Sequence record: MN715356
DNA from: Escherichia phage vB_EcoP_EcoN5
Strand: one strand, 5' to 3'
DNA: 64,000 nucleotides
Below are positions 10,043 through 21,751 of this stretch, in pieces. The translations under genes and the position numbers were made by a program. Below the pieces are notes generated by a model. It was given only the letters and a program-made list of their open reading frames with translations, was not told the origin of the DNA and did not search any database. Every line of letters begins with the position of its first letter. The first letter of the stretch is position 1.

Positions 10043-13000
10043 ATGGCTAACATTAAACCGTGGGAAGAAGCTTCCAAAGCTCCTGCGTATCTGAATGCCT
10101 CTCCGGAGCAGCAAGCTCAAATGAGAGAACAATATAAGGCAGCAGGTGGCTCTATTCCTGAGGAACAGCCAGTAGCACAACCACAACAAGAAGAACGTGG
10201 TGTTATAGGTGAGTTTGCTCAAGGTGTGTCAAATGCTCTTCAATCTGGTGGTGCAAATATTGCAGCTAGTGCTGCTAAAGGTATTGGTGGTTTAGTTGAG
10301 ATTGGTGAGAATCTAGCTGGAGCACAAACTAGTTATGGTAAGCGTATCCAAGAGAACTCTCAGAACCTTCTGAAAGAACGTATGGATAAGATTGAGGATG
10401 GGATTGGTAAAACTGCTGGGCAATATGCTGGTGTTGTTGGTGATATTGGTTTGACTGTTGCTAACCCGTTAGCTGCTGCTGCTATCATCGCAGGTCGTGA
10501 GACAGGTCGTGCATATGCAGACCAAACTCCTGAAGAGGGAGAAGATAAGTCTATTCTAGATGCAGCCTTAGTTGGTGGTGCTAACTATGCGGCTCAGAGA
10601 ATCCTTCCAGGTGCTGTCGGTACAGCTGAGTCCACACTTGGACGTATTGGTCAGAACGTTGCTAGTAACGCAGTGGCTGGTGCTAAAGGTGGTGCTCTTG
10701 TAGGTGCTGCTGAAGCTCAGAACAAGCATGGAGATGATACAACCTTTGCTAATGTGTTAGAGGGTGCTATCGAAGAAGGTGCTATGGGTGCTGCATTTGG
10801 GGGTGCAGTTGGTGGGGTTCATGGTTTGATTAGCCGTCCGGATTCTGCTGTCTTCAAGAACACTCCAGAGTATGCGAAGACTGATATTGCTGCTGATGAT
10901 GAACTGATTCGTAGTGCTAAGAACGTTGATGAACTGAAAGAAGCCTACTCTAAAGCTGATACTGCTAACGCTGCTTCTGCTCTTAATCTTCTGGATGAGA
11001 ATGGATTCCGTATCACAGATGCTGTTGCTGTAGATTCTCCTGCTGCCCAGCGTATTCTTAATACAGACCAAGCTCGTGCTGAGAAAGCTGCTTCTGCTCA
11101 GAAAGATCACTCTAACATTCCGGGCCTCAATCCTTTAGCTGCTCCTTCTAAGACTCGTGGTAAAGCATTCGCTGATAATGAGCACAACCAGAAACAGGCT
11201 GTTGCTATGAAGGATGCGATGGCTGACTACACCAAGGATAACACGAAAGCTCTTACAGATGTTCTAGACAACCTAGATCGTGAATTAACTTCTCTTAGAG
11301 CATCTGGGCACTTCACCGGTAGTCCACTTGACGTTAAGAATCGCACACAAGCTGACCGTGATTTCATTGATGCTTACAAGACTTTCTACAACGAGGCAAA
11401 TCGATTCAAAGCTCGTGATGGTGAAGACTTTAACAACTTTGTAGAGAAAGCTGCTGAGCTACAGAAGATGGCTGATAATGTTTCTCCAGAGATGAAGAAA
11501 GCTATTGGTGGGCTGAAGAAACTGAAAGGTATGCCTGAAGGTTTTAATCCTATTCAAGATGCTTACACTCTGAACAATACAGCTAAGTTCATGAGCAACC
11601 AAGATCGTGGTTGGACTTCCCTGACTGATGATGGATTCCGTGAGGCTTCTTCTCCTAGTCTGGTTATGAACACACTCGGTGCTGCTAAGTATGCTCTGAA
11701 TCGCTTCTCTTCTCAGCGTGCTCGCTCTCAACGTGTTAAGCAACAAGAATCTAACAGTGAAGCTATCCGCTCTCTGGCTCGTGGTGATTTGGAAGTTGCT
11801 CGTGCTAAGTCCACTGCTGATGAAGCTCGTGCTAAAATGGAAGAAGAACCAGTTGTTGATGACATTAAATTTAAGACGCAAAATGACGTGGAAACCGAAC
11901 CGGTTCGGGAGCCTTCTTCTAGTACTGTGACGGAAGAAAATCTTCCTTCTTCTAATCCTCAAGAAACTCCTCTTACGGCCCGTGATTTGGTTGCGCAAAG
12001 ACGTGCTATCCGTCAGGCTGAACAGCGTCGCGCTGAAGAAGAGGCAGCGGCTGCTCAAGAAACTCCGGTTGAACAGGCTCCACAGGCTGAACCCCTCCCT
12101 GCTCGTAATCCTTTAGAGGAACGTCGTGCAATGGAACAGCAACGTGCTCAAGAAGAGACCGCACAGGCTCCAGAACCAGCTGTAGAGGAACCAACAGTCA
12201 AAGCTGAGCCATTACCTGCCCGTGCTCCTAAAGCTCCTCAGGAAGCTGTACAGGATGTTAAACCGGAAAGTGGTGTAGAATTCCTAGCTGCTATGTCAAG
12301 CACTGCTCGTCAAGTTGCTAAAGATCGTGCAACACGTTTTGCTAAATCTTTATACTCTAAGGCTGCTAAAGCTAAAGCTACTGCTGAAAACTTCTTGGCT
12401 TACAAGGGAGACCCTTTGGAGTTGATGCGGCGTATTCGTCGGGAAGATAATGCTATCAACACTGAACGTCATGAAGAAATGGCTCGTAACCAGCTGGCTT
12501 CTCAGCAAGGTATTGCTACTGCTAAGAACAACACTGTACGAACTAATTTTGCTGAATGGGTTAAAGAACGCGGTCTACCAGAAGACATTGCTACTAAGGC
12601 ATTACGTGCTGAAGAGAAAGGCTTAGGTGGGAACGTAACTAACTTAGATAGTCTGAAACGTCGTGCTGAAAGGTTGTATCAGAAGCAGCGTGAGGATGAG
12701 TTTGACAGGTTATATAAAGAGGCTCTGGAAGAGAATAAAGCTTTCGATAAGAGAGATGCTCCTAAACTGGTTGACCAGAAGAAAGAGCTTCAGTCTGAGA
12801 TTGACACTTTAATTGATTCAGAACCTTTACGTCCTGCCCAGAAAGATGCTATGCGTAGACTGATGAATGATTATGTAGATGGGAAGTTTAAATCTTCAGA
12901 GAAGGCTGGTAGGGAAGAGGCTTTGGAAGTTGGTCAGATGAAGGATATTTGGGATGGGTTTATTAACACCTATAACAGAGAAGTGAATGCCTTCAACAAA

Positions 13001-14464
13001 GCTAACAAGAACTCTCAATACGAAGCTGCTGCTAAGCATTTACAGGCTCGTGAAGAACGTCTTGCTACTCTGAGAAACAAAGCTCAGGCTCGTTCAGATG
13101 CTAAGGCTGCTGTTGAGAATGAACGTAAAACTCTAGAGGCTATTGCAGCTCAGAAGAGTGAGATTGAGAAGATGATGGAAGGTTTACCTAAACCTGTTCG
13201 TGAGGCTCAGGAATCTCGTACATTGAAACAGTTGGCTGCTCACCATGATAAGAACTCTCCAGTTCCTCCAGAGAAGTTCCGTAGTTACATTGAACGTATC
13301 CATAACGCCGAGTCAGATTACCTTGATCGTCAGCGTCGTTTAACTGATGCAGAGGAGGATGCTCGTCAGGCTAAGTGGAACAAGATGTATGATCAAGCGG
13401 AAGAGATGGACCGTAAGTTTGATATAGACAAAAGAGTTAAGCGCAGTGAAGAGCTTAAAGCGGCTCAGAAGCGTGAGAATGACCTTATGGCAGTACAACG
13501 TCAACGTGACGACATTCATCGTCGCCTGATGCATACTATGGAAGATAAAGGCATATCTAAAGAGGATGCTGAAGCATTTGCTGGTTCCTACATGGATAAC
13601 CGTTATGCACTTCTTGATAAGCCTATGACTCCTACTGAACACCAGAATGCTCGTTCTCGTATCGAGGCTGATGTTGAGAAGTTCGCTAAGAAGTATGAAT
13701 CAATGACTCCTATCGAGAAAGAGATTGTTAAGGTTACTGGAGATACTGAAGGTAAGCTTGATAACTTGGATGCGGATACTAGGAAGGCTGTTGAGGAGGC
13801 TCAGAAGGTTGACTCTGATATTAAGAAACTGCAAGAGGAAGAGTTGGAGATGGAGAAGATTCGTTCTGCTCTGCCTGACGATGAAAAATCTCAAGCAAAT
13901 TCTGATATCTTGGAAAGTATCAAACAACAGGAAGAAGTCTTTGCTGATAAAGTAGAGAAAGCTTTCTTGAGTGGGAAGAGCTTGGATGAGTTAGCTAGCG
14001 TGGCTGAAGTTTTAGACAGGGTTCATGGTTCAGATAAAGCTGGTAACAACCGTCGCTTTGTACGTGCATTGCAAACTGCTGCTGAAAACAAGAAGAAGTA
14101 TGGTGATAATCCGGTAGCTTGGTTTAGTGCTGATGATTACTCTGCCATTGCTAAACTTGGTGCTTCTTCCGCAGGTGGTAACAAATCTAGAGCACTGGAG
14201 AAAATCTTTGGTTCTACAGCTGAACAGGCTAAGAGTAAGTTGCTTGGTAGGGATGATGTAGCGAAGATGAGACGTGTGATCGAAGAGAACCCTGATATCA
14301 AGATTCCTTCTTACAAGACAACGAATCGTACTGAGTACTTGCAGTTCTTGGAGAAGTTTAATGACGAAGGGAAGCCGAAGATTAAACGTGGCTCATTGTC
14401 AGAGAAGCTTGAACGCAGTAAGCGTCAATCGAGACTCCGTGTAAGAGTTCGACCTAAGGAGTGA
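10043..14464 (+). CDS. large alpha-helical internal virion / ejection-type protein
   Basis: Track ORF 9998-14464; probable start ATG 10043 after AAAGGAGACG; 1473 aa, A/E/K/R/Q-rich, Pro/Glu-rich linker ~aa 620-750. Confidence 0.45.
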   Translation: MANIKPWEEASKAPAYLNASPEQQAQMREQYKAAGGSIPEEQPVAQPQQEERGVIGEFAQGVSNALQSGGANIAASAAKGIGGLVEIGENLAGAQTSYGKRIQENSQNLLKERMDKIEDGIGKTAGQYAGVVGDIGLTVANPLAAAAIIAGRETGRAYADQTPEEGEDKSILDAALVGGANYAAQRILPGAVGTAESTLGRIGQNVASNAVAGAKGGALVGAAEAQNKHGDDTTFANVLEGAIEEGAMGAAFGGAVGGVHGLISRPDSAVFKNTPEYAKTDIAADDELIRSAKNVDELKEAYSKADTANAASALNLLDENGFRITDAVAVDSPAAQRILNTDQARAEKAASAQKDHSNIPGLNPLAAPSKTRGKAFADNEHNQKQAVAMKDAMADYTKDNTKALTDVLDNLDRELTSLRASGHFTGSPLDVKNRTQADRDFIDAYKTFYNEANRFKARDGEDFNNFVEKAAELQKMADNVSPEMKKAIGGLKKLKGMPEGFNPIQDAYTLNNTAKFMSNQDRGWTSLTDDGFREASSPSLVMNTLGAAKYALNRFSSQRARSQRVKQQESNSEAIRSLARGDLEVARAKSTADEARAKMEEEPVVDDIKFKTQNDVETEPVREPSSSTVTEENLPSSNPQETPLTARDLVAQRRAIRQAEQRRAEEEAAAAQETPVEQAPQAEPLPARNPLEERRAMEQQRAQEETAQAPEPAVEEPTVKAEPLPARAPKAPQEAVQDVKPESGVEFLAAMSSTARQVAKDRATRFAKSLYSKAAKAKATAENFLAYKGDPLELMRRIRREDNAINTERHEEMARNQLASQQGIATAKNNTVRTNFAEWVKERGLPEDIATKALRAEEKGLGGNVTNLDSLKRRAERLYQKQREDEFDRLYKEALEENKAFDKRDAPKLVDQKKELQSEIDTLIDSEPLRPAQKDAMRRLMNDYVDGKFKSSEKAGREEALEVGQMKDIWDGFINTYNREVNAFNKANKNSQYEAAAKHLQAREERLATLRNKAQARSDAKAAVENERKTLEAIAAQKSEIEKMMEGLPKPVREAQESRTLKQLAAHHDKNSPVPPEKFRSYIERIHNAESDYLDRQRRLTDAEEDARQAKWNKMYDQAEEMDRKFDIDKRVKRSEELKAAQKRENDLMAVQRQRDDIHRRLMHTMEDKGISKEDAEAFAGSYMDNRYALLDKPMTPTEHQNARSRIEADVEKFAKKYESMTPIEKEIVKVTGDTEGKLDNLDADTRKAVEEAQKVDSDIKKLQEEELEMEKIRSALPDDEKSQANSDILESIKQQEEVFADKVEKAFLSGKSLDELASVAEVLDRVHGSDKAGNNRRFVRALQTAAENKKKYGDNPVAWFSADDYSAIAKLGASSAGGNKSRALEKIFGSTAEQAKSKLLGRDDVAKMRRVIEENPDIKIPSYKTTNRTEYLQFLEKFNDEGKPKIKRGSLSEKLERSKRQSRLRVRVRPKE

Positions 14465-14474
14465 TAAAAGAAAA

Positions 14475-14509
14475 GCCCCCAACCGAAAGGAAGGGGGCTT
14501 TATTTGTTT
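14475..14509. terminator. bidirectional rho-independent terminator at the convergence point
   Basis: GCCCCC-N12-GGGGGC hairpin flanked by A-run upstream and TTTATTTGTTT downstream, between plus-arm stop (14464) and last minus-arm genes. Confidence 0.55.
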
Positions 14510-14825
14510 CTAAGTTTTAAAAACCATCAAATTCGTCATACATCCCAATTCTCTTCAGAAATCTGGATGTTCATCTTCAAAGCATCCTGAGATGCCTCCA
14601 TAGAACCAGTCTGATTTACTTCCAAGGATAACAACTTCTTCATTCATATACCCTCCTAGATTGTGTTTATAAAATTAGTAAGTTTCTCTTCACTTTCATC
14701 AAAAGCTTTTCCAGCTGCTTCCATCTCCCAAGTATTGGCATTGTCAATAAAGCTCTGAGCTTCTAACAGGTCGTGGATTAAGTCGAAGAGTTTATTTTTA
14801 TCTGCTTGTGTGATCATGTTAGTTC

Positions 14826-15053
14826 CTAGATTAAATCGTAATACTGAATAATGTCAGAGAGTTTGAACTCTCGAATCTCATCTTTCTCTATATCTATCGC
14901 TGTCATAATCCAACAAGGTTTGCCACCGTTATGAAAACGGGAGCTAGCAACGGAGGTTCGGAGTGGAATAACGGACCGGTCAGCAACCTCGCCTCTCCAA
15001 TTGCGATAGCGAAAGCGAAGCACTTGTTGCGTAGATTTTTGATCATCACTCAT
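14826..15053 (-). CDS. hypothetical protein
   Basis: Track ORF 14826-15194; its 5' part overlaps the HNH gene in another frame, so start placed at internal Met. Confidence 0.3.
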   Translation of the reverse strand: MSDDQKSTQQVLRFRYRNWRGEVADRSVIPLRTSVASSRFHNGGKPCWIMTAIDIEKDEIREFKLSDIIQYYDLI

Positions 15054-15447
15054 TTCCTTTCTTGAATTGTTTTCTTGCATCATTCTCTTCTTTTGTTTTA
15101 ATCTTATGACAAGGGTCTTTACATAGAACCTGAAAACCTTCTTTCTCACACAGAGCACGAGAGATGATTTCATCCCAAGTTGCTTCATGGTCAAGAGGAA
15201 CTATAGGCTCTATGTGGTCAATAGCCATATCCTTTACAGGGTGGTCAGAACCACACATGGCACACTTAAAGTGCATTGCCAGTCTGCCTGTCTTTGGATT
15301 AATCTTCTGCTCTGTCTTGGCGTCTGCTAGTGCATCGAACATGGGCTTCCACTTTCTAGTCAGAGAACGAATCCCTGACTTGATGAAAGAGTTGTAACGA
15401 GCTTCAGTCCACATTCCACTACAGCGAGTCTTCTCAGACTTCGCCAT
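15046..15447 (-). CDS. HNH endonuclease
   Basis: 'CAMCGSDHPVKDMAIDHIEPIV' and C-terminal 'CKDPCH' Cys/His pairs typical of HNH. Confidence 0.6.
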   Translation of the reverse strand: MAKSEKTRCSGMWTEARYNSFIKSGIRSLTRKWKPMFDALADAKTEQKINPKTGRLAMHFKCAMCGSDHPVKDMAIDHIEPIVPLDHEATWDEIISRALCEKEGFQVLCKDPCHKIKTKEENDARKQFKKGNE

Positions 15448-15626
15448 AATCAGCTTCTTCCCAAACTCGTTTGTTTACACGATGACTCACTTTACCCTCA
15501 CGAGGAATACGACCAGTTCGCTGATCAAACAGTTGATGTTTAATCTTTTGGTCTTTACGAGATTCACGATTGGAGGAGTTTTCATCATATGAACGATAAT
15601 CAAATTTACCCATTATAATATCCTTA

Positions 15627-16445
15627 TTACCAAGATTTATCTAACCATGTCCAGTCGAACAGGTCTTCCGGAGTCTGACCAACAAAGAGAAGCCGAGCAT
15701 TCTCAAGCATCTTCTCTTCATCTTCAGTATCGAACTTCTTATAATATTCCATTCGTACTATATGATACATGGTCCACTTGTCTGTAACACCAGCCAACAA
15801 CTTAGCTGCTGCTTTCTTCCCTATTCCTTGACGTCGAAGCTGAAGCTTACCGCCCCACATAACTTCTTTACGTTCTCCACATCCGGGGATATTATCTGTA
15901 CCGTCTCCAACCAACATCTGATAGAAGAAGTTTTGCCATGAAACTAAATCAGATACATAGTGAGGAGGAACTTCTTTCTGTCTTTCTCCACAAGCCCAAC
16001 GGTAGTGCCATCCGGGAGTTATCAACAAATCCTTGTCTCTAGTACAGATGATAGTGTTCTTATCCCTACGTTGCCTTTCAGCTAGTGCATCATCAGCCTC
16101 TCTCCCAAATACATCTATGTATTCATATTTACCTTTAATGTAATCACCAACATTTTGCCAGTGAAAAGGTCTTTCTCCGGGAGGTCTATTTGCTTTGTAG
16201 TCTTGCTGCTTAGCAACATCAAAACGGAAGTTACCACCTTCGCTGAAGTAGAACACAACCTTACTGCAACCTGATCGAGCTATGATTGTATCAATCTTAT
16301 ATTGAAGTCGTTCAATCATGAAATTGTAATCAACTGGAACACGTCCTGTGTCAAGAAAGGGATGCTCCTGAGTAAGAGCACCCACTTCATATCGAAGAAC
16401 GTCAGCATCCACTATAGCTACTTCAGGGAGCTTAACGTCTTCCAT
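15627..16445 (-). CDS. 5'-3' exonuclease, T7 gp6-like
   Basis: 'DYKANRPP' and flanking acidic motifs match the T7 gene 6 exonuclease signature (NYKANR). Confidence 0.65.
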   Translation of the reverse strand: MEDVKLPEVAIVDADVLRYEVGALTQEHPFLDTGRVPVDYNFMIERLQYKIDTIIARSGCSKVVFYFSEGGNFRFDVAKQQDYKANRPPGERPFHWQNVGDYIKGKYEYIDVFGREADDALAERQRRDKNTIICTRDKDLLITPGWHYRWACGERQKEVPPHYVSDLVSWQNFFYQMLVGDGTDNIPGCGERKEVMWGGKLQLRRQGIGKKAAAKLLAGVTDKWTMYHIVRMEYYKKFDTEDEEKMLENARLLFVGQTPEDLFDWTWLDKSW

Positions 16446-16446
16446 A

Positions 16447-16973
16447 TTATTCTCCTAACAGCTTACGAATTTCACTACGGAAGTTATCGTACTCTTCAGG
16501 GTATTCAAACCCACACTCTAACATTGCATAGTGAACAACCTTAAGCAAGTCTTGAACCTTGTTCTTATCTTTGTGTCGATAAGCATATTTGATCATGTTA
16601 CATTGCTGGAAATTAAGCTGAGGGTTAGCTGCATAGAACTCAATAGGTTGAATCTTCTTGGAGTCAGGGTCATAATGAGCACCGCCAATCATTACATCTA
16701 GTGCTGGACTTCTTTGGCTAGTCTGCTCAGTTATGCTCTTGAAGCTTACCACAGGAACAGAAGAGTAAATTGGATACTCTTCACCTACTAGCGGTTTTAC
16801 TGTCAGCCTTTTCACTGCATACCGAATCTCTGTATCAGCAGAGCCTGAAGAGATCTCTTCAATAGATTTACGATATCTATCAATAACCGTACTTAACATA
16901 GAAACTGCCCTAGTCTTCTCTTTTAGTTTCTCTGTTAGTACAATAACTTCTGCTCTTTTGGATTCAAGTTCAG

Positions 16974-16983
<10 letters not shown>
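16447..16983 (-). CDS. hypothetical protein
   Basis: 178-aa ORF packed end-to-end with neighbours; no motif recognised. Confidence 0.4.
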
Positions 16984-18467
<1,484 letters not shown>

Positions 18468-18469
18468 CA

Positions 18470-18730
18470 TCACTCTATTCCACGCTCTTTCAGAGCTTCT
18501 AACAATCCATTGTGATTGGCAGCACATTCTGTGTACTGGTCCTGATACCATTCCAACGTAGTGGCTAGTGCTTTTCCTTGAGCACTCTCTAAAAAAGGTA
18601 AGTCAACCCTGCATTCAGCTTTTAGGTTTGTTGGTAAGGGCATTGATTGCCTGCTGCTGTCGATCATTGAACATGCGGATGTACTCATCACTAGCGCAGA
18701 CATTATAAAAAACTGGTTTAGTTTTCTCAT
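18470..18730 (-). CDS. o-spanin (outer-membrane lipoprotein)
   Basis: Internal Met of track ORF 18470-18829; signal peptide with lipobox 'MSTSAC'; out of frame inside the 3' end of the i-spanin gene. Confidence 0.45.
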   Translation of the reverse strand: MRKLNQFFIMSALVMSTSACSMIDSSRQSMPLPTNLKAECRVDLPFLESAQGKALATTLEWYQDQYTECAANHNGLLEALKERGIE

Positions 18731-18989
18731 AATGCATCTCTTTATAAACGGTTTCCGTGTTCTTCTTCCAGTTAGATAAACCGGTAAGAACTCTCTGAGC
18801 AACCTCATCAGCTGCCTTGCTTCTTTCAATCTCTAACTCTTGCTGGTGCTTCTCTTTGTCCAGATTACTACTGTCTGTTTGATATTCGTTAAACTTCATA
18901 CCACCAAAGAATACAAGAGCTGAGAAAATGATAAACCCTAAGTTATCACTTAACGTGTTTTGCATGCTGTCTCCAACGAAAAAAGCCAC
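18615..18989 (-). CDS. i-spanin (N-terminal TM helix plus periplasmic coiled coil)
   Basis: TM segment 'LGFIIFSALVFFGG' followed by charged helical region; overlaps lipoprotein ORF. Confidence 0.45.
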   Translation of the reverse strand: MAFFVGDSMQNTLSDNLGFIIFSALVFFGGMKFNEYQTDSSNLDKEKHQQELEIERSKAADEVAQRVLTGLSNWKKNTETVYKEMHYEKTKPVFYNVCASDEYIRMFNDRQQQAINALTNKPKS

Positions 18990-19001
18990 CCGGAGGTGGC
19001 T
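18979..19001 (-). terminator. rho-independent terminator
   Basis: GCCACC-CGGA-GGTGGC hairpin followed on the minus strand by TTTTTT. Confidence 0.45.
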
Positions 19002-19022
19002 AAGCTATAACAAGGAGAGTTA

Positions 19023-19769
19023 TTAGAATGGGCTATCGTTGTCGTCTTCGTAAGTAGAAGCAGGCTCTTTATCAATCGTAGGGATTGAAGGAGTAGCTTC
19101 TTTCTGCTCTGTTTCAGAAGCACGAGTAATTTCACGACCAGCCAGAGGCATGTTCTTAGCGTCATTAGCTTGAGTAAGCAGGTTGCGCTGGAACGGGAAC
19201 ATCAGTTGATAGGATGCTACGTTCTCATCGGTTTCAGCATACGGTTCGAAGAATACCAGAGGGCTGCGAGCTTCACCAACTGCTGCACGATATTTGGTTG
19301 GGATTGGAGAAATGGTTTTGATGGAGTTTTTAACTTCACCAGCTTTGTTAGTATAAGAGTTAACCAGAATGTTAACAGGCTGACCTAACAGAACATCCTT
19401 GAACCAAGACAGATCACCTTTCAGTGCTTGAATGCTTGGGTCAATCATCTTGCAGAGATCAAGAATACCAGAGTTCTTAGCTCGTGGGTTTACATCATAG
19501 CTCTTGAACTGGCAAGCCGGACGTGGTTCTAATGCCTTACCATCGGAATCTTTACCAGTAGCATCAACACCAATCAGCTCGAAAGCCAAATCCATACGGA
19601 AAGCCGGGTTCTTAGGAGTTACTGCTTTGGTCTTCGGGTCAATCCAAGGGTCACGATTGTGAACACCCAAACCTACTACACGAACGATACGTGCTTCGTA
19701 CTCACCATCAGGGATTACATCGTAGTTGGATTTACGGGAAGCAGTTGCGATAGTTGGAATCATAGACAT
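19023..19769 (-). CDS. ssDNA-binding protein (T7 gp2.5-like)
   Basis: 248-aa ORF ending in acidic tail with terminal Phe ('YEDDNDSPF'), as in gp2.5-type SSBs. Confidence 0.45.
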   Translation of the reverse strand: MSMIPTIATASRKSNYDVIPDGEYEARIVRVVGLGVHNRDPWIDPKTKAVTPKNPAFRMDLAFELIGVDATGKDSDGKALEPRPACQFKSYDVNPRAKNSGILDLCKMIDPSIQALKGDLSWFKDVLLGQPVNILVNSYTNKAGEVKNSIKTISPIPTKYRAAVGEARSPLVFFEPYAETDENVASYQLMFPFQRNLLTQANDAKNMPLAGREITRASETEQKEATPSIPTIDKEPASTYEDDNDSPF

Positions 19770-19828
19770 ATTTTAATTTCCTTATTTAATTTGAAAGATT
19801 GTTGCTCTCTTTGAGCGGTTATGTATAG

Positions 19829-19837
19829 TATACATTA
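19829..19837 (-). promoter_or_regulatory. candidate phage-sigma promoter element TAATGTATA
   Basis: Exact 9-mer on minus strand ~60 nt upstream of SSB start in a 390-bp AT-rich intergenic region. Confidence 0.3.
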
Positions 19838-20163
19838 CGCTTATACCGATAAGAGTACTATATAATATAAGTATCTTTGGTAGTAGATATAACACACTAG
19901 TAATGTATATATTGTATAGCTGATAAAGTTATTGCAGGCTTGTATATTGGGCAATTCACAGAATCCCTTGCAAGTACCGAAGGGCAGGAGCCACCTGCGA
20001 GATAAAAATAGAGAATTAAGGAATCCTTGATTTAGGTTGTAGGGACTCCTAGGGACTTTGATTCTCTATTTAAAAGAATATTAATTACTTACTTAAAACC
20101 AATTCAAAAAGAGAATAGCTAAAAGAACTATTCCTAAGAAAGCTAAGAAGTAAATGATATAAG

Positions 20164-20328
20164 TTACCATTCAAGTAAACCTTTAAAGTTAGTTTGTTCT
20201 ACTATCCTCTGATAACGAAGATTAGAATCAGATTGTTTCTTTAACATCTCATTATATTTATCTCTGATAGAGTCTTTATAAACTACAGGTTCTTTAAATA
20301 ATGAGATCTTGTTCTTTCCTTCTTTCAT
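20164..20328 (-). CDS. hypothetical protein
   Basis: Track ORF 20164-20412 trimmed to internal Met to reduce overlap with 20294-20797. Confidence 0.3.
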   Translation of the reverse strand: MKEGKNKISLFKEPVVYKDSIRDKYNEMLKKQSDSNLRYQRIVEQTNFKGLLEW

Positions 20329-20797
20329 CGAAAACCTTCCTAATCTCTTGCAGAGAAACAGCTTTATAGTTAATTTGCTCCATTGATGTACAGAAATATC
20401 TCCAATCATCAATTACATGGTTATGTGTATGAGCATAAATATTAAACTTCCCTCTCATTTCATCAGTGTGAATAGGAATGTGAGTTACCCAAAACTCTTT
20501 ATATTTAAAATCACCAGAGAGTCTACGAAAGACTTTCATCATATCAGGGAGAAGTTCTAACCTATCATGATTCCCTAAGACCAGATGCTTCTCTCCTTTT
20601 ACTTCAGCGATAATATCAAGGGCATACTTTTCAAATACCCAATCACCAGTAAAGAAGATTTTATCACGTTTGGTTACATGGTCAAAAGCAGCTAGAATTG
20701 CTTTGTCATGTTCTTCGATGTTTTTAAATTGCTTACGAAAACTACAGATGTTTCGATGACCTAAATGACCGTCTCCTGCAAAATAAACTTCAGCCAT
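20294..20797 (-). CDS. calcineurin-like metallophosphoesterase
   Basis: 'GDGHLGH', 'FTGDW', 'LGNHD', 'HTHNH' metal-binding motifs. Confidence 0.65.
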   Translation of the reverse strand: MAEVYFAGDGHLGHRNICSFRKQFKNIEEHDKAILAAFDHVTKRDKIFFTGDWVFEKYALDIIAEVKGEKHLVLGNHDRLELLPDMMKVFRRLSGDFKYKEFWVTHIPIHTDEMRGKFNIYAHTHNHVIDDWRYFCTSMEQINYKAVSLQEIRKVFDERRKEQDLII

Positions 20798-20806
20798 AAA
20801 GACCTC

Positions 20807-21022
20807 TTAAATTGTACACCCATCACAGGTTAAGTCGCCTAACAGGGACAGGGAAAGTAGTCTGGATTGCTCATCACTATATAGTTGATCAATCTCTTCT
20901 TTAAGTTTTGCCAACTCTATGAAATTGATAAGTTGACCATGTTCAAGACAGTCTGTTTTTAGTATAAACAAAACTTCAGCGTCCGTTGAATCTTCACTTG
21001 AATATTTATCAATGTATTCCAT
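20807..21022 (-). CDS. hypothetical protein
   Basis: Co-directional ORF in tight array; acidic; no motif. Confidence 0.35.
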   Translation of the reverse strand: MEYIDKYSSEDSTDAEVLFILKTDCLEHGQLINFIELAKLKEEIDQLYSDEQSRLLSLSLLGDLTCDGCTI

Positions 21023-21024
21023 TT

Positions 21025-21246
21025 TTATGCCACATCTCCTTGTTTGTTGTTAATAACATCCAGTGCTGTATACGCTTTACCTGTTCCTAAGTATTCTAGA
21101 ACTGGAGGACTCTTCTTTTCTTCAGCGACTACATAAGGTGTGATCTTCCCTTTCAGTACAGCCTGAGATGCTTTAGCGCTGGCTTCAGATGTGTGAACAG
21201 TAGTAAGCCCTTTATTTCCAATTCTATAAGTATGAACCCAAATCAT
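21025..21246 (-). CDS. hypothetical protein
   Basis: Co-directional ORF in tight array. Confidence 0.35.
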   Translation of the reverse strand: MIWVHTYRIGNKGLTTVHTSEASAKASQAVLKGKITPYVVAEEKKSPPVLEYLGTGKAYTALDVINNKQGDVA

Positions 21247-21449
21247 TTAACTTCCTCAATATCAACTAATTCAAAACTTCCTATTTCTTCAAGTTTGATA
21301 ATCTCTTTAACCTTCTCAACAGCTTTAATAGGGTTTTCTTCTTCTACAACTTTACACCCTGACACTTCAAGACTACCTGTTCCACGAAGGTATAAATTTA
21401 ACTTATAAACTACTTTGTAGTATTTCATCGTGCTCCCAATTTCTTTCAT
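21243..21449 (-). CDS. hypothetical protein
   Basis: Co-directional ORF with 4-nt start/stop overlap to neighbour. Confidence 0.35.
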   Translation of the reverse strand: MKEIGSTMKYYKVVYKLNLYLRGTGSLEVSGCKVVEEENPIKAVEKVKEIIKLEEIGSFELVDIEEVK

Positions 21450-21615
21450 AATATCCAGAGTTGTAGTTTAGGGCGCATTTCTCGGCCTCTTCTATGTCGT
21501 CTGTGTTTAGGATATTTACCCATCCTCCAACTTCATCAAAACCTTCTTCTACTTCGTTAAACCATACACTATACTTTTTCATCGAGAAGTTCTTCCCCAA
21601 TCTTTTACATAGCAT
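21403..21615 (-). CDS. hypothetical protein
   Basis: Co-directional ORF; acidic. Confidence 0.3.
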   Translation of the reverse strand: MLCKRLGKNFSMKKYSVWFNEVEEGFDEVGGWVNILNTDDIEEAEKCALNYNSGYYERNWEHDEILQSSL

Positions 21616-21751
21616 CGACCGTTAATCCACTTTGTCTCTGACTTAAACTCTTGAGACAATCTCACTTCACAGTCTTCTCTACTGGCATCCCCTCCGATAT
21701 CGATAAGATACAGGAATAGAGCTACACCTAAAGCCCAAAGAATTATCTTCT

